From a virus (lineage: Duplodnaviria; Heunggongvirae; Uroviricota; Caudoviricetes), in the IMG/VR virus record IMGVR_UViG_2565956633_000005, positions 1 through 42,184 of that record: a stretch of DNA of 42,184 nt. One strand, given 5' to 3'. Within the stretch, counting starts at the first letter, position 1. Every line of letters starts with the position of its first letter. This document shows, piece by piece, positions 27,181-35,960 of this stretch. The notes beneath the pieces were generated by a model. That model was not told the origin of the DNA. It did no database searches and saw only the letters and a list, made by a program, of their open reading frames with translations. The position numbers were made by a program, and so were the translations under genes.

Positions 27181-27587
27181 GATGCCTCTCCTTTACCGGC
27201 TGCGGCGACCTTCACGCCAACTTCTTCAAGCGCCCTGAAAAACTCAAGGCGGACACCAACCAGAATATCTTCACGCTCACGGTGAGTTACTTCGGCAAGG
27301 TAATCACGAAGCATTTTTAACTCAGGCAATTTCACCTCCCGCGCCTCCAGCTCAGCGATCCGCTTCTCTGCGGATTCCAGCTCATCCAGCAGCGCCAGCA
27401 CGGTGGCGGGGTTGGCTGCGGCGATAAATGCAGCATCACGCGCTTCGTTTTCACTGAATACCATGGCTATTTGCTCATGGTTCACGCCGTCAGTGGAGTA
27501 AATCTCATCGTCGAACTCAACAGCCCACCGGCCTTTCGTCGCCTTCTCCTCCGCTTCACGCAGAGCCTGGTAATTAATCTCGCTCAC
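27177..27587 (-). CDS. Ead/Ea22-like protein
   Basis: 136 aa; family guess from memory. Confidence 0.5.
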   Translation of the reverse strand: MSEINYQALREAEEKATKGRWAVEFDDEIYSTDGVNHEQIAMVFSENEARDAAFIAAANPATVLALLDELESAEKRIAELEAREVKLPELKMLRDYLAEVTHREREDILVGVRLEFFRALEEVGVKVAAAGKGEAS

Positions 27588-28105
27588 TGGTTGCCTCCTT
27601 TGCGAAGCTGGGCGGCGATATCTTCGAGAACGCCATCAGAGAATGAGCGGTCAAAATCGCCTTCCGGCGCATTAGCCATAAACTCAGTAGAGGTAAGAAT
27701 CATCCTGGCAATATCCGCGGCGTTCTTTGCAGTATCATCAATAAAACCAGCTTCCCAGGCAGCCAGCATTCTGTTCGCCACAAAGTAAGCTCCCTCCTTG
27801 CGTGCTTCAGTCTTCACTTCAGCCAGGAAAGCGTCGGTCGCCGGTGTTGGTTCTTGTGGTGATACAGCAACGCGAATGGTTTCAAGTGCCGGGTCTGTTT
27901 CCACTGTCGGAACCTGGATATAACCAAGCTGCACCCCATTCATGATGAACGTGCGACGGTCTTCACACACCGCCTTCAGCCCCGCATTCTCCGCTGCCAT
28001 CTGCGCCAGCTTCATCTCCATATTATCGATTGTGATATCAGTCTGGCGGCCGTAGCGCTCTGACTCGATGAGCTTCTGCTCTAACTCTTCATAACTCGGT
28101 TTCAT
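27584..28105 (-). CDS. hypothetical protein
   Basis: ATG at 28103-28105 (MKPSYEELEQK...) overlapping ren stop. Confidence 0.45.
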   Translation of the reverse strand: MKPSYEELEQKLIESERYGRQTDITIDNMEMKLAQMAAENAGLKAVCEDRRTFIMNGVQLGYIQVPTVETDPALETIRVAVSPQEPTPATDAFLAEVKTEARKEGAYFVANRMLAAWEAGFIDDTAKNAADIARMILTSTEFMANAPEGDFDRSFSDGVLEDIAAQLRKGGNQ

Positions 28106-28443
28106 GCTCTCACCCCGTATACGCTTAAAATTCTTTTCATCGCCGCGCTGTTGCGGCACTCCTGGCAGATCACGTTTGTGTCCGTCCGCTGAATTAACTT
28201 CGACTTACCCTGCTTCATGCCAGGTATCGTGTCAGGGGCGAAGCGCATTCCGTAGCTGGTCAGGCTGTAAAGGCGCTGGCCGTATTTTCCTTCGCAGCGG
28301 ATCAGGCCGTCTGCCAGCAGCGTGCTCACCGTTCCGGATATCTTTTTGGTGTCCATGCCGATAAGCCCTGCCAGTTTGGCGTTGTTCAACCCTGGGTTGT
28401 TGCGCAGGGCTGCCAGCACCTGCTCACGGATTGTTATGTTCAT
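28102..28443 (-). CDS. ren: Ren-like protein
   Basis: ATG at 28441-28443; C-terminal ...ICQECRNSAAMKRILSVYGVRA resembles lambda Ren; directly downstream of P. Confidence 0.65.
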   Translation of the reverse strand: MNITIREQVLAALRNNPGLNNAKLAGLIGMDTKKISGTVSTLLADGLIRCEGKYGQRLYSLTSYGMRFAPDTIPGMKQGKSKLIQRTDTNVICQECRNSAAMKRILSVYGVRA

Positions 28444-28444
28444 G

Positions 28445-29134
28445 TCACACCATCCCGTTCGACTTGTTGCGGTTGTACTTGGCCAGCAGCAGCTGGATCG
28501 GCGTCGGCCCTTGCTCGGCAGCTGGTGCGGCAATAGCCCGGCGTACCGGCGGCACTGGCTTACCCTCGGTGACGCGCCTTTCCCACATGTCCAGCAGATC
28601 GCCTGCCTCGCGTGCCAGTTCACCATGCGTTAACTGGCGCTCGGTGCTGCGGTGGCGCAATTCTACGCAAATGTGGTACATGACCGGCTGCGACCATGGA
28701 AATTGCTCGCTGGAGATGAATTCGAACGAGCGGTTACGCCAGTCCCAGTATTCGGCGATCACCTGGTCAACGTTGACGCCCAGCGCGCCGCCGCTCTGCT
28801 TGCACCAGGCGACGAACTGGCCCGGCGACGGCAGGAATGGGCGCTCCTGGCGGCGGGCAATGCGCATGCCGGCATCGACCTGAGCCATGGTGTGGATCCC
28901 GTTCTCCTGAAACGCCAGCAGCCACTGACGGCGGAATTCGTTCAGGTCTTCCTGGGTGCGGAAGTTCGCCATGCTGGCCGGGAACGCGGCGCGCAGCTCG
29001 TTGAACAGCTTGTTGAATACCTGCGCCACCTGCTCGACCGGCGCGCACTCCTGGTACTGCTCTGGCAGGTTATGGGCCATGCGGCTCATCTGCTCGCGGT
29101 CGTGGTTACGCATCTGCTCTGCAAGAGATTTCAT
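28445..29134 (-). CDS. P: replication protein P (helicase loader)
   Basis: N-terminus MKSLAEQMRNHDREQMSRMAHNLPEQY resembles lambda P. Confidence 0.8.
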   Translation of the reverse strand: MKSLAEQMRNHDREQMSRMAHNLPEQYQECAPVEQVAQVFNKLFNELRAAFPASMANFRTQEDLNEFRRQWLLAFQENGIHTMAQVDAGMRIARRQERPFLPSPGQFVAWCKQSGGALGVNVDQVIAEYWDWRNRSFEFISSEQFPWSQPVMYHICVELRHRSTERQLTHGELAREAGDLLDMWERRVTEGKPVPPVRRAIAAPAAEQGPTPIQLLLAKYNRNKSNGMV

Positions 29135-30039
29135 CGGATCACCCCATAGGCCCAGTCAGTGTTGTTGAAGTCCAGATCTGGCTTGACAGCGCGCTGCTCA
29201 CCTCCGGCGTTACGCTGCATTGTCAGCTTGTCCCACTGCTTACGCAGGCTTTCGGGACTCAGGATGTTGGTCTGCCAGAAGTGGTGTTTGCTAGCCCAGT
29301 CATACAGCGCGCAGATGTCCTGGTGCGACCGGTTGTCTATCTGGCGCATCAGGCGAACAGTGTTAGACCAGGAGGTCATGTCCGGGGCTTTGCAGGTTGG
29401 GTTAATCAGCTTCACCCTGGAGGAAATCCACTTAGCTGTCTCGAGGTCTTCAGCAGAGCCCCACTTCGCACCGGATGGTGTGTAGACCGCAGCTTCAGGA
29501 TGAGTTGATAAAAATTTCTTCAGACGTGCGTCAGAGGATTCGTCAGAATTCTCGGACGAAGATCTTTTAATACTGTTCTTGTTCTTGTATTGGGTGTCTA
29601 CCGTTTTCGGGAAGGTTATTCCTGATTTCGGGAAGGATTTTCCCGTTTTCGGGAATTTTCTTCCCGTTTCCGGTTTGTCTAAAATCCATGCTGAAAGGTC
29701 AGTGTTTACACCGACGATTTTCATCATGCCCTGCTTCTGTGAAAAGATGATTTTGCGTTCTGCGAGAGACTTAAGCGCGTCCGATACATGCGTATCGCTC
29801 AGGCCCGTAAGCTCGGCAATAACCGTATTTGTCACGCGGTCCTGTTTCTTGTTCCAGCCGTAGGTAAGCCAGATCACCGCCTCAAAACATTGCCATTCCC
29901 GGCCTGACAGTCTCAGGCGAGGCTTAAGCTGTTGGATCTCGTTAGCGACCTTGGTATACCCGTTCGACAGGTCGGCCATACGACCTCCCGGTTGTTCGGT
30001 TTTATTTGGGAAATTGATTATTTCAGCGGTGTTTGACAT
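29131..30039 (-). CDS. O: replication initiator protein O
   Basis: Track start is GTG; ATG at 30037-30039 (MSNTAEIINF...) resembles lambda O; iterons inside. Confidence 0.8.
   Translation of the reverse strand: MSNTAEIINFPNKTEQPGGRMADLSNGYTKVANEIQQLKPRLRLSGREWQCFEAVIWLTYGWNKKQDRVTNTVIAELTGLSDTHVSDALKSLAERKIIFSQKQGMMKIVGVNTDLSAWILDKPETGRKFPKTGKSFPKSGITFPKTVDTQYKNKNSIKRSSSENSDESSDARLKKFLSTHPEAAVYTPSGAKWGSAEDLETAKWISSRVKLINPTCKAPDMTSWSNTVRLMRQIDNRSHQDICALYDWASKHHFWQTNILSPESLRKQWDKLTMQRNAGGEQRAVKPDLDFNNTDWAYGVIR
29599..29673. repeat. ori iterons inside the O gene
   Basis: About four ~21-bp spaced copies of TCCCG-TTTT-CGGGAA-like element (perfect palindrome at 29641-29655). Confidence 0.55.
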
Positions 30040-30124
30040 ACTTACTCCCGTTACTTGGCGTAACACAGTGTGATAAGGGCCTTTGAAGTTACCGCTTCAA
30101 GGGCTTTTTCTTTTCTTGTGCCTC

Positions 30125-30670
30125 TCATATAACCCCCAGCATCGATGTAACCATCGTCATCAGCGGTCCTACCTGCTCCGGCATGAGGCGGAACAGCGAC
30201 GCTATACCCTCGCTTACCTCTTTGAGCTTCTGATGCTCTGGAGCGTCCAGCAGCACGGCCTGTTTAGCCTCGGCACACTCTTTCATCGCAGAGGCGATCA
30301 GCGACATCGTGTCGTTCTGCGGCGCCAGACGGTTTCGGTACTCCAGCGGCAGGACCGACATGATTGCCGGGGCCAGCTGGCGAATGTTGTTGGCGGCGTA
30401 TTCGGTATCGCCATCAATCCATCGAAACACTTTCTGCATCTGGCGGTGCGAGTCAGTCTGGATATCCAGACCGGTTCCGCCGGACGCCCGCCACTCTTCC
30501 ACGATCAGCGCGGCGACAAATTCACGACTGCGGCAATCAGCTGCCCAGGCGCGTACTGCTGCGCGGATCCCATCGATATTTAACGCCGAGGATTCTCGCT
30601 CCCGGCGATTCTGGTAAATCATCGCCGCTGGCGAAAATTTGTTACCTTGTTGATACGCAAGTGAATGCAT
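30125..30670 (-). CDS. hypothetical regulator in the cII position (possibly YdaT-like)
   Basis: 181-aa ORF between cro-like gene and O; assignment uncertain. Confidence 0.4.
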   Translation of the reverse strand: MHSLAYQQGNKFSPAAMIYQNRRERESSALNIDGIRAAVRAWAADCRSREFVAALIVEEWRASGGTGLDIQTDSHRQMQKVFRWIDGDTEYAANNIRQLAPAIMSVLPLEYRNRLAPQNDTMSLIASAMKECAEAKQAVLLDAPEHQKLKEVSEGIASLFRLMPEQVGPLMTMVTSMLGVI

Positions 30671-30715
30671 TGCTTTCCCTTTCGTGGTTAGGGCCGCCGG
30701 TCAGGCGGCTGTCGA

Positions 30716-30946
30716 TTAATTTTTAATTCGGTCAGGGTTTGCAGCCTGTAGTAGCCACTCTGCCGTAAACTGCCCTTTTGATGCGTCAGCCAAAAGCTGT
30801 GAATAGTTGGTTTTCTCTGTGTACTCAGTGCGAGGCAACGCCGCGTTCTTTACCCACTTGTGAATAGCAACATTCGACAGACCACATAGGCGTGCCGCTG
30901 CGGTTTGTCCGCCTACAGCTTCGATTGCAAATTGCATTGGGTTCAT
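30716..30946 (-). CDS. cro: Cro-like HTH repressor
   Basis: 76 aa; HTH TAAARLCGLSNVAIHKWV; divergent from cI. Confidence 0.7.
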   Translation of the reverse strand: MNPMQFAIEAVGGQTAAARLCGLSNVAIHKWVKNAALPRTEYTEKTNYSQLLADASKGQFTAEWLLQAANPDRIKN

Positions 30947-31030
30947 AGTGTTTTCCGTTAACTATATTAACTACGAGTTAAGGTTATATCTTAACTGACA
31001 GTTATGTCAACTCTAATTGATAATTAACAC
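30947..31030. promoter_or_regulatory. OR-like operator region with divergent pR/pRM candidates
   Basis: 21-bp palindrome AGTTAAG-N7-CTTAACT (30976-30996); minus-strand pR TTGACA-16-TATAAC; plus-strand pRM CTGACA-16-GATAAT ending 8 nt before cI ATG. Confidence 0.5.
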
Positions 31031-31798
31031 ATGGTTAAAAAAGACGATTTAAAAGAAGAATTCTCGAAGAGACTTCGCGCTGCATTGCTTGATGCTGGCG
31101 TGGGTGGGCGTGGGCAGGCTGGCAGGATCAGGGAAGCTATGAAGTCCCAAGGGATTGCTGTATCTGAGCCCGGGATCTGGAAGTGGCTTAACGCATCAGC
31201 AATACCAGACCAAACCAATATCCTTGCACTTAGCCGCTGGCTTGGGGTTCGCCCTGAGTGGCTGGAATACGGAAGGAATGATCCTGAACCTGAACTGCAC
31301 AGGGTATCATCCATCCCGCCTGAATCTGAGTGGGGAACTGTCGACGCTTGGGACAAAAATACCCCCCTACCTGACGATGAGGTGGAAGTACCGTTTCTGA
31401 AGGATATCGAGTTTGCGTGTGGTGATGGGCGTGTTCATAGCGAAGATCATAACGGCTTTAAACTGAGGTTCTCCAAGGCAACGCTCAGAAGGGTGGGTGC
31501 AAATAGTGATGGTTCTGGAGTGCTTTGCTTTCCCGCTTCTGGTGACAGCATGGAGCCCGTTATTCCTGACGGCGCAACGGTAGCAGTCGATACAGGCAAC
31601 AAGCGGATTATTGACGGCGAACTCTATGCTATTAACCAGGGCGATTTAAAGCGCATAAAGCAGCTTTATCGAAAGCCTGGTGGGAAGCTATTAATACGAA
31701 GCATCAATCGCGATTATGACGATGAAGAGGCTGATGAGGCAGATGTCGAGATAATCGGTTTTGTGTTCTGGTACTCGGTATTGCGATATCGCCGATAA
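31031..31798 (+). CDS. cI: CI-like repressor (HTH plus S24 LexA-like autopeptidase domain)
   Basis: 255 aa; C-terminal GDSMEPVIPDGATVAV...K motif. Confidence 0.8.
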   Translation: MVKKDDLKEEFSKRLRAALLDAGVGGRGQAGRIREAMKSQGIAVSEPGIWKWLNASAIPDQTNILALSRWLGVRPEWLEYGRNDPEPELHRVSSIPPESEWGTVDAWDKNTPLPDDEVEVPFLKDIEFACGDGRVHSEDHNGFKLRFSKATLRRVGANSDGSGVLCFPASGDSMEPVIPDGATVAVDTGNKRIIDGELYAINQGDLKRIKQLYRKPGGKLLIRSINRDYDDEEADEADVEIIGFVFWYSVLRYRR

Positions 31799-31803
31799 TT
31801 TTA

Positions 31804-31916
31804 GTGGCCTGAAGAGACGTTTGGGTGATAAGAGAATATCTGATAGTAGGCGTGGTTACTTTGCTCTCGGTTGTTGCGATCGTGCTTATGGTGGCCTGAT
31901 GAGACGTTTGGGTGAT
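31804..31916. repeat. 27-bp direct repeat pair
   Basis: GTGGCCTGA(A/T)GAGACGTTTGGGTGAT at 31804-31830 and 31890-31916, one mismatch. Confidence 0.6.
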
Positions 31917-32064
31917 GGGCAAGGTGTTCTGGTCGGCGCATAGCTGGTGAAAAAATTATTTAATGCGGTGTATTGGCTGATTGTAACCCCATGTAACATC
32001 TTGCCGTCACCATTTCGGTGGTTAGATTTTTAATAAAAAAAACAAATGTATAGCAAGGTTTTTT

Positions 32065-32544
32065 ATGGATAAAATTAATTACCCACCCCTGTTTGAGCCA
32101 GGGCTCCATGACATGGATGAAGCTGGATTAAAATCGTATTGTGTCGATTGCTTTCCTTCATCATCCAGGCGAGGCATGCTATACTGTAATTTTATACAGC
32201 TACTCGAATCTATTCGAGAATTATCTGCTCAATATGGCTGTTTTACAGAAATATGGGTTGATGGTTCATACACCACGTCTAAACCAGAGCCTGATGATAT
32301 TGATATTTTGTTGGTATGTGACTATAGCAATATAAACTCAATACCTGTCATGCTTCGGGGCCGCGTCGATAATTTGCTTGACCGAAACTACATCAAACAA
32401 AACTACAAAATTGATGTCCTACTACTCATGAAGAATTTAGATGACCCTAACTATGATTATGAGTACTGGCGTAGCTACTGGCGCGGTTGGTTTGGTTTTG
32501 ATCGCAGTGAAAACCCGAAAGGGTTAGTGAGGATTTTTTTATGA
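32065..32544 (+). CDS. minimal nucleotidyltransferase-like protein (Pol-beta superfamily signature)
   Basis: 159 aa; AAGG RBS; EIWVDGSYTTSKPEPDDIDILLV fits hG[GS]x9-13Dx[DE]; later KIDVLLL acidic strand; AT-rich. Confidence 0.55.
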   Translation: MDKINYPPLFEPGLHDMDEAGLKSYCVDCFPSSSRRGMLYCNFIQLLESIRELSAQYGCFTEIWVDGSYTTSKPEPDDIDILLVCDYSNINSIPVMLRGRVDNLLDRNYIKQNYKIDVLLLMKNLDDPNYDYEYWRSYWRGWFGFDRSENPKGLVRIFL

Positions 32545-33473
32545 ATGATAAATCAATGTTTAAAAATTGCGATAAACGCATTGATTTCATTCAAAAAGAA
32601 GTCGATGCAATGAAGCAAAACAAAACCAGGTCCTTTGCTGACATGCTTCTTTATCGCTCCATGGATTCTCATCTGAGCGATTTGAAGGCCGAAAAATTAA
32701 AGCAAGATAGTCGGCACCCACTTATCGATTTTTTTGAGCTGCGGCTGAAAGGCTCTGAGGTTGACTTTGGCTCTATTCCTTTAGAGCTGCTTGGGGCTAT
32801 TTCAACAAATCTTGCAGCGCTAATACAAAGAGCAACACACAAAATTGCCTCAGGCAAGGACTCAAAAAAAGTTCCCTACGACGTGAAAAGCTCCTTAAAC
32901 CTCAGGCTGGCTGATTTATCCCCTGGGTCTACAAAATTGGGCGTCACCTTCTCTACAGGAATAGCAGAATTAGTAGAAACAGTACCCAGCAAGGCTGTAA
33001 AAGGCATATTCGATTTGTTGTTAAGCGATGACGACAACAACTTCATGAATCACGTCGCTGAAATTGGATACAATTCCACTGTAAGCCTTAAGAGAATCGT
33101 AGAGGAATGCGATAAACACAACTTAACATTTGATGCAAGTTGGACCGGTCCATTTAGTAATGGCACCAAGGTGGCAACTATTGACTCCAATAAAATTAAG
33201 TACTTGGTGAGTAGACTTACATCAACCATTTCATCCCCTCCCATTACTGAAACGGTTACAGGCGAACTGGTCGTTCTATCCAAATATGGGAAGCTGGAGC
33301 TTGATGTTGGTGGTGAACATTTAAAGGCTTCCTATCCGATTGAAATGCTAGATTTAATACAAAAAAAACACAAGGTCGGACAGATTGTTTCTCTTTTAGT
33401 GGAGACTACTGAGATTCACAATGATCGCATAGGTCTGTACCGTAAAAACCATCTTGTTAAATCGGTTCTTTAA
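32541..33473 (+). CDS. hypothetical protein, partner of NTase-like gene
   Basis: 310 aa; ATGA overlap with upstream gene; GTGAGGA RBS; no recognisable motif. Confidence 0.55.
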   Translation: MNDKSMFKNCDKRIDFIQKEVDAMKQNKTRSFADMLLYRSMDSHLSDLKAEKLKQDSRHPLIDFFELRLKGSEVDFGSIPLELLGAISTNLAALIQRATHKIASGKDSKKVPYDVKSSLNLRLADLSPGSTKLGVTFSTGIAELVETVPSKAVKGIFDLLLSDDDNNFMNHVAEIGYNSTVSLKRIVEECDKHNLTFDASWTGPFSNGTKVATIDSNKIKYLVSRLTSTISSPPITETVTGELVVLSKYGKLELDVGGEHLKASYPIEMLDLIQKKHKVGQIVSLLVETTEIHNDRIGLYRKNHLVKSVL

Positions 33474-33480
33474 TATCTCA

Positions 33481-33504
33481 CCCGGCCACCGCGCCGGGTT
33501 TTTT
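33481..33504 (+). terminator. intrinsic terminator
   Basis: CCCGGC-CACCGC-GCCGGG hairpin followed by TTTTTT. Confidence 0.65.
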
Positions 33505-33588
33505 ATTGCCCACCCATAAAGCCATCCTCCATTCTGCCGATAACTATCCAGCCTGAAGCTGATAACAATAACTATCGCAACACTACCT

Positions 33589-33610
33589 GCCCGCCCGTGC
33601 GGGCTTTTTT
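33589..33610 (+). terminator. intrinsic terminator
   Basis: GCCCGC-CCGT-GCGGGC hairpin followed by TTTTTT. Confidence 0.6.
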
Positions 33611-33806
33611 ATTGTCCTTTCCGCACTATCTCAGCTGCATCCCTGTTCACACCCTTACCTATCACGTTTCCCGTTTCCTTCCGGTACCGTTCCAGCTTGT
33701 CGATGATGTTTTGCTGGGTCATAGGTAAATCTGCCAGTGACAACTCCATGACCGCCCGCCCCATGGCGTGAACCATCATGTTCACTCTTTCTTCATTCAA
33801 GCCCAT
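33609..33806 (-). CDS. small hypothetical protein (65 aa)
   Basis: ATG at 33804-33806 with AGGAG RBS; isolated on minus strand. Confidence 0.45.
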   Translation of the reverse strand: MGLNEERVNMMVHAMGRAVMELSLADLPMTQQNIIDKLERYRKETGNVIGKGVNRDAAEIVRKGQ

Positions 33807-33928
33807 TACCCACTCCTTTTTGATGTTTTTTTCAGCATATCACATGCCAAGCAAATCTATAACCAAACTAAATTAACCAATAAATCATAACCTTAATAAC
33901 CAACACAGAAATAATTAACCATTGGTTA

Positions 33929-33957
33929 TTGACTGAAAATAACCATTAGTTAATAAT
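33929..33957 (+). promoter_or_regulatory. candidate pL-like promoter with operator-like repeats
   Basis: TTGACT-16 nt-TAATAA(T); embedded in TAACCA/TGGTTA repeats including palindrome TAACCATTGGTTA (33916-33928) and TAATTAAC shared with OR. Confidence 0.35.
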
Positions 33958-34373
33958 CAACCCATCGAAACGAAACATCGACAGCTGAGCGAAGTTAGCC
34001 AGCGGCGGACAGCAAGTCGCCTGCTTTTTAACAACATGCAGATTTACAGCGTCAATGACCTGTTAAGACCCCTACACGTAAACGTGCTGTATCACCGGGT
34101 GCGATCCGGTCGGTGAGAGAGTATCCCCGCGCGAGAGCGAGAACGGCGTGAGAACGGGCAACACTGGCAGGGAGTTGGCGCTGACCAATACAGGGAATGT
34201 TATGGGATGTGGTGAAGGGTTCATGGACGGGAATATGTCGCACGTAAAGCGGCGAGGCCCGAGGAGCTATTGCCGAAGATAAGTAGGCCGAATCGGGTCG
34301 AAATGGGTCTCCCACCTACCACAGCACCAAAGCATTTCTCCCGCATCAGCGGGTAACTAAGTGGAGAGTAAGT

Positions 34374-34562
34374 ATGCACAAGTGTCAATTCTGTGGGTAC
34401 TTTCTGGCATCTGAAGAGATGCAGAGAATATCTGTAAACATGGTTGGCAGGCCTTACAACATCTGCATTCCATGCTCAGAAAAGTACAAAAAGAAAGGCC
34501 TGTGGGATTCGGCAAAAAACGATATCGACTGGAAAGCACTTCCATGCGTCGATGAGACATAA
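34374..34562 (+). CDS. small Cys-rich hypothetical protein
   Basis: 62 aa, GGAGAG RBS, CxxC...CxxC pattern. Confidence 0.4.
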   Translation: MHKCQFCGYFLASEEMQRISVNMVGRPYNICIPCSEKYKKKGLWDSAKNDIDWKALPCVDET

Positions 34563-34595
34563 CCGCATCAGCGGGTAACGACAGAGGGTAAGGGG

Positions 34596-34892
34596 ATGAT
34601 CGACGACATCAAGCGCATCGACTCAATGATAAATGCGCTTCGCAATATGAAACAGGACATCAAGCGTCAGCAGAAACTAAGTGAAATAAACAGTTTAGAC
34701 CTGTCGCCGAAGCAAGCTCAAAAGCGCAATGCCGATGCTGACTGGATTGCGATGGAACAGATTAAGCGTCGGCATGAGCTGCACGCTCTGTCTGTTGAGC
34801 TTGGGTTCGCTGAGCGCCGGGAAAGTTATGCTCCATTTGAATTAACTGACGGGTGGCACCGATTCGACCACAAGCCGCGCGAACCTCAATAG
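34596..34892 (+). CDS. hypothetical protein
   Basis: 98 aa with RBS; followed by hairpin plus T-run at about 34893-34916. Confidence 0.4.
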   Translation: MIDDIKRIDSMINALRNMKQDIKRQQKLSEINSLDLSPKQAQKRNADADWIAMEQIKRRHELHALSVELGFAERRESYAPFELTDGWHRFDHKPREPQ

Positions 34893-35048
34893 CCGCCTAA
34901 CCAGCGGCTTTTTCATACCTGGAGTCATTTACGAGTGGCTCAAGTTATGACAACCGGCGGCCATCCACCGCCCATTGAAACACTGAATAAATGCGTTGAA
35001 GTCTTGTATTAACCGTTCCGTTCGCCGCGATAAGGCCAAGAGGAAATC

Positions 35049-35255
35049 ATGGTAAACCAGCACTACGGTACACAGACAGTAAACCGCGGCGCAGTTCAGC
35101 CGGGGATGCTCGTCAAACACAAGGATTCAACCTGGACGGCATCAGCTAATGCTCGTGGTCGTTTGTATCTGCATCGCGGCGTTGAGATGACTTACACCAG
35201 GGATTTGCTGGTTGAAGTTTATCTGAACGGTCTGGGGAATGGCCTCAGCCATTAA
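35049..35255 (+). CDS. hypothetical protein
   Basis: 68 aa with AGAGGA RBS. Confidence 0.35.
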   Translation: MVNQHYGTQTVNRGAVQPGMLVKHKDSTWTASANARGRLYLHRGVEMTYTRDLLVEVYLNGLGNGLSH

Positions 35256-35532
35256 CGGAGAGTTGCCAAAACACTTTAAGGACAGGTGATGAAAAAAGAA
35301 TGTGGTTATTGCCACAAGCCTGTTGAAGAAGGCGCAGAAGTAAAGAGCACCTTGCTCTATCTCAACGGTTCGCAACTGGCACAGAAAGAAAAAGAATATT
35401 GCTCTAAGCAATGCGCTGAATACGACCAGATGGCGCACGAAAGTTAAATAGCAGTCCTGAAATATGAAATGAAAAATTCGCCATTAATTTGGCGCGGCTT
35501 CTTACACCCTTAATTTAACAACTGGAGATTTT

Positions 35533-35820
35533 ATGGAAATCGTAAAAATCGAAATGAACCTGAAAGCAGTGAATAAAGAAGTGGCTGCATTCAACTGCGA
35601 GAAGAAAGTATCAGGCGTTATTCACTCAACTACAAACGGTGAAACAACAGTCATTCTCGACGGTGGCTATGTGCTTGGCAAGTTTGATTGCCCGCACTGC
35701 GCCATTGAGGAGATCAGCTTGCTGGTACTCAAAATCAGCGATAGCGATTACGCCGGCTGGGGAACCTACCGTACATACAAGCAAGATTTTATGAATGAGG
35801 CGATCGTAGCCGTCAGTTAA
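35533..35820 (+). CDS. hypothetical protein
   Basis: 95 aa with RBS. Confidence 0.4.
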   Translation: MEIVKIEMNLKAVNKEVAAFNCEKKVSGVIHSTTNGETTVILDGGYVLGKFDCPHCAIEEISLLVLKISDSDYAGWGTYRTYKQDFMNEAIVAVS

Positions 35821-35960
35821 GCGAAAGCCCACCGAAGTGGGCCCGCCATGTCCGGCCTCACCGACCAAAGTTACACCGGAAACAACATTAAAACCAAAGT
35901 TAACCCAATGGGCGCTATCAATGGTCCGGGGATTCTAACACCCAAAAATGAGGATCTCAC

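Noticed and set aside
31890-31916. CTGATGAG string in the direct repeat resembling a hammerhead ribozyme core
   Set aside because: No accompanying GAAA or stem architecture; motif too short
35289-35408. Small Cys-containing ORF after 35049-35255 gene
   Set aside because: On careful reading it terminates after 39 codons; too short and unsupported
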